Of a stretch of 64,000 nt of DNA, positions 1 through 9,917 are shown one piece after another. A model generated the notes under the pieces. It was given only the letters and a program-made list of their open reading frames with translations. It was not told where the DNA came from and ran no database searches. How positions within the stretch are numbered: the stretch's first letter is position 1; each line of letters opens with the position of its first letter. Made by a program: the position numbers and the translations under genes. The stretch is from an uncultured Prevotellaceae bacterium. GTDB taxonomy: Bacteria; Bacteroidota; Bacteroidia; Bacteroidales; Bacteroidaceae. The stretch is taken from the NCBI GenBank assembly GCA_902788605.1, contig CADAKX010000004.1:23848-87847 (forward strand). Reading direction: 5' to 3'.

Positions 1-1070
1 ACGTATGAGTAGTTGAACTTGAGGTTCATACCATATTTTCCGCCCAGTGCAGTCTTGCGTTTGAAGTTGTAGCCAATCTCACCCTGATAGGCCCATTCTC
101 CTGTAGCCAATTGTGTGGCATAGGGATAGAGAGCGGCAAGCGCATAGGTTTGATCGAGTGTAAAGGCTGGCAGGTGATTGATGAACATCGACGTGCCTAG
201 ACGGCTGCGCTGACTGCGGAATGCCATGTTCTCACTGCGTTTGGCCTGAAGCAGGATGCTGAGACCTTTTTTTGAATAGGAAGTTGAGAGCATAGCAACA
301 TGTCCGTTGGCATAGGAATAGTTGTTGTCGAAAGAAGGGTCTTGTGATTTTTGTGCATACTCTGCCAGAATACCCCAGGGGCCGTGGTTCAGGTTGGTGC
401 GCACATCCCAGGCGTTGACATACTTAGGAAGGTTCAGACGATGGGTGGGGTCCACGAAGATGTCCTCGTCTTTCTCGTATTTGTTGACCCACGAGGCACC
501 TAGGCTCAGGCGGGTGTCATGCTGCTGCAGATGGGTGAACCACTCGTCAAGACTCACCTCTGCATCGGCACCAGAGACGAGGCCTCCGTCCCATTTCCAA
601 TAGTGACGCTGTTTGCCAGAGAGTGCCTTAATGGTGATACCATTTGCAGGCTTGACAACGATACGTCCACCTAAGAACGAGTTGTCGATACCCAACGAAC
701 GCTCTTCATAGCTGCGGAGAATAAAACCAGAACCGAACTGCTCGTAGAATGTGCCTGCGGTCAGCTCTACCTTATTTAGCTTGCCTTTCACCCAAAAGTG
801 GGGTACACCCCAACCTTTGAAATCTTTCTCAAAACCAGGAAGCGGATGTTCCATGTACTCGAAACGGGTGCCTGCGTCCACATATTGACTCTGTAGCAAG
901 ACATCGGCATAGGTGTTGGTCATGAAATCGTCAGAAGTGGTGGCCTCGTCCTTGTCTTGTGTGGACAGCAACATGTCACTCTGAATACTTCCAGAAACTG
1001 TGATATCCTGTTGGGCGTGAATGGTTAATACGCTGGTGGCAAGGATGATGGTAAAGAAGGATCTCTTCAT
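1..1070 (-). CDS. Outer-membrane beta-barrel-type protein (DUF6029-like, from memory). N-terminal ~356 codons are in the window; the gene runs off the left edge.
   Basis: Hand translation of the minus strand from ATG at 1070-1068 gives MKRSFFTIILATSVLTIHAQQDITVSGSIQSDMLL... with a signal peptide and no stop down to position 1. It is absent from the ORF track because it is open-ended. It starts 6 nt after the stop of the upstream TlpA-like gene. Confidence 0.6.
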   Translation of the reverse strand, partial: MKRSFFTIILATSVLTIHAQQDITVSGSIQSDMLLSTQDKDEATTSDDFMTNTYADVLLQSQYVDAGTRFEYMEHPLPGFEKDFKGWGVPHFWVKGKLNKVELTAGTFYEQFGSGFILRSYEERSLGIDNSFLGGRIVVKPANGITIKALSGKQRHYWKWDGGLVSGADAEVSLDEWFTHLQQHDTRLSLGASWVNKYEKDEDIFVDPTHRLNLPKYVNAWDVRTNLNHGPWGILAEYAQKSQDPSFDNNYSYANGHVAMLSTSYSKKGLSILLQAKRSENMAFRSQRSRLGTSMFINHLPAFTLDQTYALAALYPYATQLATGEWAYQGEIGYNFKRKTALGGKYGMNLKFNYSY

Positions 1071-1076
1071 GTGTTT

Positions 1077-1571
1077 TTATTTTACGAGTTCGCGTACCTT
1101 ATTTATTAGTTCTTCTTCGGCGCCATCAGTATAACCGTTGTGACGGTAGACAATGTTGCCTTTGCCATCGCATACCACTACAAATGGAATCATCTGGGCG
1201 CCAAGTGCCTTGCGGAAGTCACTGTTGGGGTCTAGCAAGACATCGTATTCCCAACCGTGGTTGTTTACCAAGGGCTTTACTTTTTGGATGTTCTGTGCCT
1301 GATCAATGGAAACGGCGAAGATTTTTACGCCAGTCTCCTCCTGCCAATCGGCATAAACCTCGCTAATCGCATCAAGTTCGCGATTGCAGGGTTTGCACCA
1401 GGTGGCAAAAAAATCAATGATAAATGGTTTGCCGTTGTTTGACAACGTGTCAGTCTTGATGGCTTGTCCATCCATAGTCTTTAATGTTACAGCCGGCAAC
1501 TGAGCCGAAACAGCCTGCGTAAGACAGAAACAGGCAAAAGTCATCATGAGTTTGAAAATAATCTTTCTCAT
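1077..1571 (-). CDS. TlpA/ResA-like periplasmic thiol-disulfide oxidoreductase (thioredoxin fold)
   Basis: 164 aa with a signal peptide and the FFATWCKPC CxxC motif. Size is typical of the AhpC/TSA-TlpA family. Confidence 0.85.
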   Translation of the reverse strand: MRKIIFKLMMTFACFCLTQAVSAQLPAVTLKTMDGQAIKTDTLSNNGKPFIIDFFATWCKPCNRELDAISEVYADWQEETGVKIFAVSIDQAQNIQKVKPLVNNHGWEYDVLLDPNSDFRKALGAQMIPFVVVCDGKGNIVYRHNGYTDGAEEELINKVRELVK

Positions 1572-1779
1572 ATTCTATGCTTAGCTTTTATTTTGGGAGA
1601 CAAAGGTATACATTCTTTTTTTAATGACCAAATAATTTTCGTATAAAATACACTAATTTGTAAACTCTACATGGCAAACTTGTTTCGGTTTGACAAAAAA
1701 TACCATGAATTTGTGATAATAAATAATCGCTAAGCAATATAATTATACATATAATATTCGGTGGTAACAACTTTTTTAC

Positions 1780-1787
1780 TACCTTTG
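1780..1787 (+). promoter_or_regulatory. Bacteroidota -7 promoter box (TACCTTTG) for the DASS transporter gene
   Basis: Matches the TAnnTTTG consensus about 40 nt upstream of the ATG at 1827. The same tacctttgcagcc string recurs at 11255, with a near-identical tatctttgcagcc at 3379. Confidence 0.55.
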
Positions 1788-1826
1788 CAGCCGTTAATTA
1801 AAAACCATTAAGATTTAGATATTAAT

Positions 1827-3326
1827 ATGCTAAGTAATTACAGGGGTCTACATATTGTAGAGGCGGCCCGAAATTTCCGCCACGAACACAAATACGGCGA
1901 TGCCGCCATACGTGTCTTTAAGATTGCATTGGTGGCTTTGGTCACATTGTTTCTTTGGAATATGCCTGCCGAATGGTATGGTATCCAAAATCTGACAGTT
2001 ATCCAACAGCGTGTTATCGCTATTTTTGCTTTTGCCACGCTCATGTGGATTCTGGAGATTGTATCTTCGTGGGCAACATCAGTTGCAGTTATTGTATTGA
2101 TGCTACTCTTCTGTACCGATAGTGGTATATTACCAATGGTCAATGAAGAGGAAGTTGGTACCCTGCTCAGCTATAAAGGCGTGATGGCAACATTTGCTGA
2201 CCCTGTGATTATGCTGTTTATCGGTGGTTTCATCTTGGCTATCGCAGCCACAAAGACTGGCTTGGATGCCCAGTTGGCTAAAGTGCTGTTGAAGCCCTTT
2301 GGTACAAGGAGTGAGATGGTGTTGCTGGGTTTCCTGCTGATCACGGGCTTGTTCTCGATGTTCGTGTCAAACACGGCTACAGCAGCCATGATGCTCACCT
2401 TCCTGACTCCCGTGTTCCGTCAGTTACCTCCCGAGGGCAAGGGTCGTATCGCCTTGGCTCTGAGTATTCCTGTGGCAGCCAACCTGGGTGGTATGGGTAC
2501 GCCAATTGGTACACCTCCTAATACCATTGCTTTGAAATACCTGAACGACCCCGAGGGCTTGAACCTGGGTCTGGGCTTTGGTCAGTGGATGATGTTCATG
2601 TTCCCCTTGGTTATTTTGCTGCTGTTTGTCAGCTGGTGGATTCTGAAAAAGATGTTCCCCTTCAGCCAGAAAACCATCGAACTGAAGATTGACGGTGAGA
2701 TGAAGAAGGACACTCATTCATATATTGTTATCATCACCTTCTTTGTTACTGTGTTGCTCTGGTTGCTTGACCGTGTTACAGGTATCAACTCATATACTGT
2801 GGCAATGATTCCTTTCTGTGTGTTTGCACTGACAGGTGTTATCAATAAACGCGACCTTGAACAGGTGAACTGGAGCGTTATTTGGATGGTGGCCGGTGGC
2901 TTTGCACTGGGCTATGGACTGAATAAGTCGGGCCTTGCCGAAAATGCTGTTGAGAGCATTCCCTTTGGAGAATTCTCGCCCGTGCTTATCCTCATCCTTG
3001 GTGGCGCCATCTGCTATCTGCTGAGTAACTTCATTTCAAACTCAGCTACGGCAGCCCTTTTGATGCCAATCCTCGCTATTGTTTGCGGTGCTATGGGTGA
3101 CAAACTGGCTCCTATCGGTGGTACTCCTACCGTTCTTATTGGCGTAGCCATTGCCGCATCAAGTGCCATGATTCTGCCCATCTCAACTCCGCCAAATGCA
3201 TTGGCATTCTCTACCAACCTGGTGCAGCAGAAAGATATGGCTAAGATAGGTATTATCATGGGTCTTATCTCTATGGTACTGGGCTTTGGCTTGGTTTACC
3301 TGATGGGCGTGATGGGAGCGATTTAG
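1827..3326 (+). CDS. DASS/SLC13-family anion:sodium symporter (di/tricarboxylate or sulfate type)
   Basis: 499-aa polytopic membrane protein with the duplicated SNTATAAMM and SNSATAALL hairpin motifs typical of the family. Confidence 0.8.
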   Translation: MLSNYRGLHIVEAARNFRHEHKYGDAAIRVFKIALVALVTLFLWNMPAEWYGIQNLTVIQQRVIAIFAFATLMWILEIVSSWATSVAVIVLMLLFCTDSGILPMVNEEEVGTLLSYKGVMATFADPVIMLFIGGFILAIAATKTGLDAQLAKVLLKPFGTRSEMVLLGFLLITGLFSMFVSNTATAAMMLTFLTPVFRQLPPEGKGRIALALSIPVAANLGGMGTPIGTPPNTIALKYLNDPEGLNLGLGFGQWMMFMFPLVILLLFVSWWILKKMFPFSQKTIELKIDGEMKKDTHSYIVIITFFVTVLLWLLDRVTGINSYTVAMIPFCVFALTGVINKRDLEQVNWSVIWMVAGGFALGYGLNKSGLAENAVESIPFGEFSPVLILILGGAICYLLSNFISNSATAALLMPILAIVCGAMGDKLAPIGGTPTVLIGVAIAASSAMILPISTPPNALAFSTNLVQQKDMAKIGIIMGLISMVLGFGLVYLMGVMGAI

Positions 3327-3378
3327 TGAATAAATGCATTAATTTCCAGAAACTGGCTGCAAATTTACACGAATTGTG

Positions 3379-3386
3379 TATCTTTG
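3379..3386 (+). promoter_or_regulatory. -7 promoter box (TATCTTTG) for the M16 peptidase gene
   Basis: TAnnTTTG match about 30 nt upstream of the ATG at 3417. Confidence 0.5.
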
Positions 3387-3416
3387 CAGCCAAATTCTTA
3401 CTAAACACAAAAGTAA

Positions 3417-6233
3417 ATGAACCTAAAGAAACTATTTGTTGCTTCTTTGCTGTTGGTAACAGCAACGACAACCTCGATGGCGCAGGAGATGCCATCTATT
3501 CCCGTTGACCCCGATGTGAAGATTGGAAAGTTGGACAACGGTTTGACGTATTATATCCGTCACAATGCATGGCCCGAGCAGCGTGCAGAATTCTATATCG
3601 CTCAGCGTGTCGGTTCCATTCAGGAGAATGATGAGCAGCGTGGCTTGGCTCATTTCCTGGAACATATGTGTTTCAATGGAACAGAAAATTTCAAGGGAAA
3701 CGATATTATTAAGTGGTGTGAGACCATTGGTGTTAAGTTTGGACGTGACCTGAATGCTTATACCTCAATCGATCAGACTGTATATAATATCAGCAATGTG
3801 CCCACTACGCGTGAGGGTATTGTCGACTCTTGTCTGTTAATCCTGCACGATTGGGCTGATGGCCTTCTTTTGGAGGCAGGAGAGATTGATAAGGAACGTG
3901 GTGTCATTCATGAGGAATGGCGTATGCGCACCACTGCTACCATGCGTATGCTGGAGCGTGATCTGCCTCGTCTTTATCCTAACTCGAAGTATGGTCATCG
4001 CATGCCTATTGGTTTGATGGAGATTATTGATAACTTCAAGCCCGAGGTGTTGCGTGCTTACTATGAAAAATGGTACCGTCCAGATAATCAGGCCATCATA
4101 GTAGTGGGTGATGTTGACGTAGATAAGGTGGAGCAAAAAATCAAGAACCTCTTTGCTCCTATCAAGATGCCCCAGAATCCTGCCCCTGTGGTGGCTGAAG
4201 CCGTGCCCGACAATAAGGAGGCTATTTTTGTGGTCGATAAAGACAAGGAGATGCAGTATAGCATCGTGCAGTTGATGTTTAAGAGTGATCCTGTTCCCGA
4301 CGAGGTTAAGGGCAATATGCAGTATCTGGTTATTGATTACCTGAAAGATGCTTGCATTGGCATGCTCAACGATCGTCTGACAGAATTGGCACAGAAGGCC
4401 GACTGTCCCTATCTGCAAGGTGGGGTGGATTATGATCAGTATCTGTTGTCAAAGACCAAGGACGCCTTTAATATCAGCGTCCTTCCTAAGGAAGGACAGA
4501 CCGAAGCCGCTTTGAAAGCTGCTTTCATTGAGGCTCGTCGTGCTGCACAGTTTGGTTTTACCGCTACAGAGTATCAGCGCTATAAGCAGAATTTCATCAG
4601 CCAGTTGGATAAGCAGTATTCCAATAAGGACAAGCGTTATAATAGTCAGTTCGTTAACGAGTATGTGAAGAACTATCTGGACAATGAACCCATCCCAGGC
4701 TTGGATGACTATTATCAGGTGATGAAGCAGTTGGCACCCATGCTCCCCTTGGAGACTGTTAACGAGTTGATGAAGAGCTTCTTTGAAGACAAGGACTCTA
4801 ATATGGTGGTGCTGAATATGAACCAGGAGAAAGAAGGCGCTGTTTATCCCACTGAGGCCTCTCTGAAAAAGGCCATCGATGAAGCTCGTGCTACTCAGGT
4901 AGAGCCTTATGTTGATAATGTAAAGAATGAGCCTCTGATTACCAAAATGCCCAAGGCTGGTAAGATTGTGAAAGAGGTGCCTGGTAAGAAATTCGACTAT
5001 AAGGAGTTGACCCTGAGTAATGGTGCCAAGGTTATCTTGAAACATACAGACCTGAAGAAAGACCAGGTTGTCCTGGCTAGCGAGGGCTTTGGTGGTTCGT
5101 CGCTCTATGGTGAGAAGGATTTTGCCAATATCAAGATGTTCGACGATGCTATCGAGGCCAGCGGTTTGGGAAATTTCTCTCATACAGAACTTGAGAAGGC
5201 TATGGCCGGCAAGATTGCCAGCGCTAGCATGGCCTTAGGCAGAGACCGTGCTAACATCACGGGTTCTTCGACTCCCAATGATGTTGAGGCTATGTTGCAG
5301 CTCGTTTATCTCTATTTCACCAATATCAACAAGGACCAGGAGTCGTACGACAATATGATGAAGACTGCGGAGCTGATGCTGAAGAACAAACTGCTGCAGC
5401 CAGAGGCTGTGTTTAGCGATTCGCTAACATTGACTATCCAAAACCACAGCAAACGTTTTGCTCCACTGACAATGGATGATCTGGAGAAGGTTAGCTATGA
5501 CCGTATCCTTGAGATGGCCAAAGAGCAGACCAGCAATGCAGCTGCCTATACCTTTACGATTATCGGCAACTATGACGAAGCAACCATCCGTCCGCTTATC
5601 GAACAGTACCTGGCTTCGCTGCCTGCTCAGAAGAAGGTCGTGAAAGGCAAAGATGTGAACGAGACCTTTAAGGGTGAGGTTATCAACGACTTCAAACGTA
5701 AGATGGAGACGCCCAAGGCTATTGCTGTAATGGTATGGTCTAATACTCAGATGAAGTATACGCTTGAAAACATCATCCGTGCCGATATGGTTGGTCAGAT
5801 TCTGTCTATGATTTACACAGAGAAAATTCGTGAGGAAGCGTCTGCAGCCTACAGCGTATTGGCACAGGCAGGCTTAAGCCGTGATGACTATCGCACCACA
5901 GGAACGGTGCTCGTCTATTGTCCAATGAAACCAGAGAAGGGTGATGTGGCCACGAAGATTATGCTTGACGAGGTGAACAACATGGCAAAGAGTGTTGATG
6001 CTGAGAAGTTGAACAAGGTTAAGGAGTATATGCTTAAGAATGTTGATGATCAGGCTAAGACCAATAACTATTGGATTCGTGTCATTGGACGTTTGCGTGA
6101 CTATGGAGTAGATGTGCATACTGACTACAAAAAGGTTGTTGAGGCTCAGACACCTGACGCAATTTCAGCCTTCATGCAGGAGTTCCTGAAGCCAGGCAAT
6201 CGTGCAGAGGTTATTATGTTGCCCGAAGAGTGA
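3417..6233 (+). CDS. M16 (insulinase/pitrilysin) family zinc peptidase, secreted
   Basis: 938 aa with a signal peptide and the inverted zinc motif HFLEHMCFNGT (HxxEH). Two-lobed length is typical of M16. Confidence 0.85.
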   Translation: MNLKKLFVASLLLVTATTTSMAQEMPSIPVDPDVKIGKLDNGLTYYIRHNAWPEQRAEFYIAQRVGSIQENDEQRGLAHFLEHMCFNGTENFKGNDIIKWCETIGVKFGRDLNAYTSIDQTVYNISNVPTTREGIVDSCLLILHDWADGLLLEAGEIDKERGVIHEEWRMRTTATMRMLERDLPRLYPNSKYGHRMPIGLMEIIDNFKPEVLRAYYEKWYRPDNQAIIVVGDVDVDKVEQKIKNLFAPIKMPQNPAPVVAEAVPDNKEAIFVVDKDKEMQYSIVQLMFKSDPVPDEVKGNMQYLVIDYLKDACIGMLNDRLTELAQKADCPYLQGGVDYDQYLLSKTKDAFNISVLPKEGQTEAALKAAFIEARRAAQFGFTATEYQRYKQNFISQLDKQYSNKDKRYNSQFVNEYVKNYLDNEPIPGLDDYYQVMKQLAPMLPLETVNELMKSFFEDKDSNMVVLNMNQEKEGAVYPTEASLKKAIDEARATQVEPYVDNVKNEPLITKMPKAGKIVKEVPGKKFDYKELTLSNGAKVILKHTDLKKDQVVLASEGFGGSSLYGEKDFANIKMFDDAIEASGLGNFSHTELEKAMAGKIASASMALGRDRANITGSSTPNDVEAMLQLVYLYFTNINKDQESYDNMMKTAELMLKNKLLQPEAVFSDSLTLTIQNHSKRFAPLTMDDLEKVSYDRILEMAKEQTSNAAAYTFTIIGNYDEATIRPLIEQYLASLPAQKKVVKGKDVNETFKGEVINDFKRKMETPKAIAVMVWSNTQMKYTLENIIRADMVGQILSMIYTEKIREEASAAYSVLAQAGLSRDDYRTTGTVLVYCPMKPEKGDVATKIMLDEVNNMAKSVDAEKLNKVKEYMLKNVDDQAKTNNYWIRVIGRLRDYGVDVHTDYKKVVEAQTPDAISAFMQEFLKPGNRAEVIMLPEE

Positions 6234-6251
6234 TAATTGATAAAAATAAGG

Positions 6252-6290
6252 AAAACGGCCTGCTCTTTATGAGAAGCAGGCCGTTTTTTT
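6252..6290 (+). terminator. Rho-independent terminator after the M16 peptidase gene
   Basis: Stem aaaacggcctgct (6252-6264) pairs with agcaggccgtttt (6275-6287), followed by a T-run. Confidence 0.8.
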
Positions 6291-6311
6291 GGTTATTTGC
6301 CAAAAAGTGAG

Positions 6312-6319
6312 TAACTTTG
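6312..6319 (+). promoter_or_regulatory. -7 promoter box (TAACTTTG) for metK
   Basis: TAnnTTTG match 29 nt upstream of the ATG at 6348. Confidence 0.55.
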
Positions 6320-6347
6320 CACCCAAATTCAGATAAATCAGATAGTT

Positions 6348-7604
6348 ATGTCATATTTATTTTCATCAGAATCAGTATCAGAGGGACATCCCGATAAGGT
6401 GGCCGATCAGATTTCGGACGCTATTCTGGATCAGTTCCTAGCCTATGACGACCATGCCCGTGTTGCTTGTGAAAGCTTTGTTACCACAGGTCAGGTTGTG
6501 ATTATGGGCGAGGTACGCAGTGAGGTGTATATCGATCTGCAGACCATCGCACGCAATACCATCAAGAAGATTGGATATACCAAGGCAGAATATCAGTTTG
6601 ACGGCAACTCATGCGGAATCTTGACCGCTATTCATGAACAGAGTGCCGACATTAATCGTGGTGTGGACCGCGAAGAGGATGATGACCAGGGGGCTGGTGA
6701 TCAGGGAATGATGTTTGGCTATGCCACCAACGAGACGGCCAACTATATGCCTGTGTCTTTGGACCTTGCACACCTCATCATGCGCACATTGGCTGACATC
6801 CGCAAGGAAGGTAAGCAGATGACCTATCTGCGTCCTGACTCAAAAAGTCAGGTAACCATCCAATATAGTGATGCGGGTATTCCTGAACGCATCGATACCA
6901 TTGTGGTTTCCACACAGCACGATGAGTTTGACGAGGACGAGAAGATGTTGGCCCAGATTAAGGCGGATGTCATCAATATCCTCATTCCCCGTGTGAAAGC
7001 ACAGATTAAGAGTGAGAAGGTGTTGGCACTCTTTAATGACGACATCAAGTACTACGTCAACCCCACAGGTAAGTTCGTGATTGGTGGCCCTCATGGAGAT
7101 ACCGGTCTGACGGGCCGCAAGATTATTGTTGATACCTATGGTGGTAAGGGTGCTCACGGTGGTGGAGCATTCAGTGGTAAGGACTCTTCTAAGGTTGACC
7201 GTTCGGCTGCCTATGCAGCACGTCACATTGCTAAGAATATGGTGGCAGCAGGTGTGGCCGATGAGATGTTGGTGCAGGTGAGCTATGCCATTGGTGTGGC
7301 TAAGCCCATGAATATCTATGTGAATACCTATGGTCGTTCAAATGTTCAGATGACTGACGGTGAGATTGCAAAGAAGATTGAGCAACTCTTTGACCTGCGT
7401 CCCAAAGCTATTGAGCGCACGCTGAAGCTGCGTCAGCCGATGTATTTGGAGACTGCAGCCTATGGCCATATGGGTCGTCAGCCTGAGGTCGTGAAGAAGA
7501 CCTTTACCAGCCATTACCACGAGACGAAGACCATTGATGTGGAGTTGTTTACGTGGGAGAAATTGGACCGCGTTGATGACATTAAGCGCACTTTCGGTAT
7601 CTAA
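6348..7604 (+). CDS. metK: S-adenosylmethionine synthetase
   Basis: 418 aa. N-terminal [18 protein letters not shown] plus the [10 protein letters not shown]-loop-like motif. Confidence 0.95.
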   Translation: MSYLFSSESVSEGHPDKVADQISDAILDQFLAYDDHARVACESFVTTGQVVIMGEVRSEVYIDLQTIARNTIKKIGYTKAEYQFDGNSCGILTAIHEQSADINRGVDREEDDDQGAGDQGMMFGYATNETANYMPVSLDLAHLIMRTLADIRKEGKQMTYLRPDSKSQVTIQYSDAGIPERIDTIVVSTQHDEFDEDEKMLAQIKADVINILIPRVKAQIKSEKVLALFNDDIKYYVNPTGKFVIGGPHGDTGLTGRKIIVDTYGGKGAHGGGAFSGKDSSKVDRSAAYAARHIAKNMVAAGVADEMLVQVSYAIGVAKPMNIYVNTYGRSNVQMTDGEIAKKIEQLFDLRPKAIERTLKLRQPMYLETAAYGHMGRQPEVVKKTFTSHYHETKTIDVELFTWEKLDRVDDIKRTFGI

Positions 7605-7613
7605 AATAGACTC

Positions 7614-8435
7614 ATGAATCAGGCTTCAAGCAATGCCGCAGACTCACTGGGATACAGCCTATACAATTATTTGAACCAGGGCTATTTCTCAAAAGACTCG
7701 CTGTTGTGTACCACTCAGGCACACAGCAGCAGTTTTGGTATGTCAGGTGCGCCAGTACCTTATGCTCTGCGCAATGACAATGCTATCTCTATTATCCTGC
7801 TGGCCTGTTTCTGTTTCATCGTTATCTTTGGCAGTCGCTCGTATGGACTCTTCTCGCGTCAGCTGAAGACGCTTTTCCGAGCTCCGCGCGAACGAAGTGA
7901 CTCAATTAGAGAGACATCAGGCGAGATGCATGTGATGGTGTCGTTTGTTGTTATCTATTGTCTGCTGCTGGGCATCTCGTCCTATGTGCTCATTTCAGAG
8001 ATGGTTACGTCGCATTTCGTGTTTGATTCCAATGCCTTTATCGTATTCCTTCTTTCAGCAGTGTTTCTTGCCTATTTTTTTGTTAAGTGGACAATGCAAT
8101 CATTGGTGAATTTGGTCTTTTTCAGAAATAAAAAGAATATACAATACATAAAGGAACAGGTATTCATCTCCGTCTGCTCGGGTATCTTGTTATATCCAGT
8201 GGTTATGTTGCTGGTATATTTTGATTTATCGATAAAAAGTGCAGCGATATTCTTCGCTTTTGTTGTTATTTTCCACGAATTGTTGACATTTTACAAGTCT
8301 TGGCTCATCTTTTTTAGGCAAAAAGGGCTTTTTCTGCAAAATATTTTGTACTTTTGTGCCCTCGAAATCACACCATTACTTGCGTTCGGAAGTATGATGG
8401 TGATGATGACTAATAGTTTGAAAATAAATTTTTAG
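7614..8435 (+). CDS. Polytopic membrane protein of unknown function (DUF4271-like, from memory)
   Basis: 273 aa with several hydrophobic helices. It lies immediately upstream of the hemD-like gene, a pairing I recall as conserved in Bacteroidales. Confidence 0.55.
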   Translation: MNQASSNAADSLGYSLYNYLNQGYFSKDSLLCTTQAHSSSFGMSGAPVPYALRNDNAISIILLACFCFIVIFGSRSYGLFSRQLKTLFRAPRERSDSIRETSGEMHVMVSFVVIYCLLLGISSYVLISEMVTSHFVFDSNAFIVFLLSAVFLAYFFVKWTMQSLVNLVFFRNKKNIQYIKEQVFISVCSGILLYPVVMLLVYFDLSIKSAAIFFAFVVIFHELLTFYKSWLIFFRQKGLFLQNILYFCALEITPLLAFGSMMVMMTNSLKINF

Positions 8436-8446
8436 GACAATAGAGA

Positions 8447-9199
8447 ATGATTAAGAAGATTTTGGTTTCGCAGCCTAAGCCAACAAGCGAGAAGTCACCC
8501 TACTATGACATAGCCAATCGCTTTGGTGTAGAACTGGTTTTCCGTCCTTTTATTAAGGTGGAGGGAATGTCTTCCCGCGAATTCCGTGCCCAGAAGGTGA
8601 GTATTCTGGATTATACGGCCGTCGTTTTTACGTCGCGCCATGCCATCGACCATTTCTTTACTTTGGCCAAGGAGTTGCGTTTGACTATTCCTGAGGATAT
8701 GAAGTATTTCTGCGTCACCGAGACTATAGCACTCTATATCCAGAAATATGTGCAGTATCGCAAGCGTAAGGTATTCTTTGGTACAACAGGAAAGGTTGAC
8801 GACCTTATTCCTACGATGGTAAAGCATAAGACCGAGAAGTATCTTGTGCCGATGAGCGATGTTCACAATGATGCTATCGCTAATCTGCTTGACTCCAAGA
8901 AGCTGATTCATAAGGAAGTGGTAATGTATAAGACCGTGAGCAATGACTTTACGGAAGAGGAAGTTAAGAACTTCGACTACGATATGCTGATTTTCTTCAG
9001 CCCCTCGGGTATCGAGTCTCTTACCAAGAACTTCCCCGACTTCAATCAGGGTGAGATTGCCATCGGAACCTTCGGCCCAGCCACAGCAAAGGCGGTTCAA
9101 GATGCAGGTCTTCGTCTTGATTTGCAGGCTCCCACAGAGAAATTCCCTTCAATGACGGGCGCCCTTCAGCATTATCTGCTGATGAATGAAGAGGATTAA
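8447..9199 (+). CDS. Uroporphyrinogen-III synthase family protein (HemD-like)
   Basis: 250 aa, resembling Bacteroidales HemD-family proteins (KILVSQPKP... FTSRHAIDHF... FFSPSGIESL). Confidence 0.7.
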   Translation: MIKKILVSQPKPTSEKSPYYDIANRFGVELVFRPFIKVEGMSSREFRAQKVSILDYTAVVFTSRHAIDHFFTLAKELRLTIPEDMKYFCVTETIALYIQKYVQYRKRKVFFGTTGKVDDLIPTMVKHKTEKYLVPMSDVHNDAIANLLDSKKLIHKEVVMYKTVSNDFTEEEVKNFDYDMLIFFSPSGIESLTKNFPDFNQGEIAIGTFGPATAKAVQDAGLRLDLQAPTEKFPSMTGALQHYLLMNEED

Positions 9200-9222
9200 C
9201 CTTCTTAAAGATAAGTTTTTTA

Positions 9223-9612
9223 GTGACGGCTCCAGCAACATTTCAGAAAGAGGAGCGAGTGGTCAGCCAAAAACTGATTGACGAGCTCTTTACCGGAGGC
9301 CATAGCCACTCACTGGCAGCCTTCCCGCTGAGAGTTATATTCATGAGTAAAGAGCACCAAGAGGGGCAACAGCCCGTCCGGGTGCTCATTAGCGTTCCTA
9401 AGAAGCGTTTCCATCATGCCGTTGATCGTAATCGCGTGAAGCGGCAGATACGCGAGGCTTACCGCCGTCATAAGTCTTTGATTGTTGATCAGGTGCCTCC
9501 CTCTCAGATGCTAGTCATAGCCTTTGTGTGGCTGTCAGATCAGTTACAGCCCTCAACAATTGTGGATAGCAGGGTGAAGAACTTACTCGAACGCATAGCT
9601 CACAAACAATGA
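9223..9612 (+). CDS. rnpA: Ribonuclease P protein component
   Basis: 129 aa, basic, with [25 protein letters not shown] start as given by the track. Overlaps yidD by ATGA. Confidence 0.85.
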   Translation: MTAPATFQKEERVVSQKLIDELFTGGHSHSLAAFPLRVIFMSKEHQEGQQPVRVLISVPKKRFHHAVDRNRVKRQIREAYRRHKSLIVDQVPPSQMLVIAFVWLSDQLQPSTIVDSRVKNLLERIAHKQ

Positions 9613-9851
9613 AGCGAATATGGCGATGGCTTATGATGGTGCCCAAGTGGCTTCTGCTACTGCCCATCATCTTCTATCAGCGGTGTATCAGTCCGTTCAC
9701 GCCTCCCTCGTGTCGTTTTACGCCCACCTGTTCGCAATATGCCAAGGAGGCTATTATCAAGCACGGACCCATTAAAGGGTTAGGACTGGCTATTTGGCGC
9801 ATCCTGCGATGTAACCCCTGGGGAGGCAGTGGCTATGATCCAGTGCCGTGA
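9609..9851 (+). CDS. yidD: Membrane protein insertion efficiency factor YidD
   Basis: 80 aa with [23 protein letters not shown], the signature of the family. Confidence 0.9.
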   Translation: MKRIWRWLMMVPKWLLLLPIIFYQRCISPFTPPSCRFTPTCSQYAKEAIIKHGPIKGLGLAIWRILRCNPWGGSGYDPVP

Positions 9852-9917
9852 TAGAATTCCTTAAGGATCTTAACGATTCTTAGGATGTGATTAGAATTAA
9901 AATTAGAAAATAAGAAT

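Noticed and set aside
322-603. 93-aa plus-strand ORF
   Set aside because: It lies antisense to the open-ended barrel gene that fills 1-1070.
3837-5183. Two long minus-strand ORFs (193 and 244 aa)
   Set aside because: Both lie antisense within the M16 peptidase gene and are Leu/Ile/His-rich with no motifs.
6234-6347. Possible SAM riboswitch upstream of metK
   Set aside because: The 114-nt gap is fully accounted for by a terminator hairpin and a -7 box 29 nt from the ATG. That leaves no room for a SAM-binding aptamer fold.
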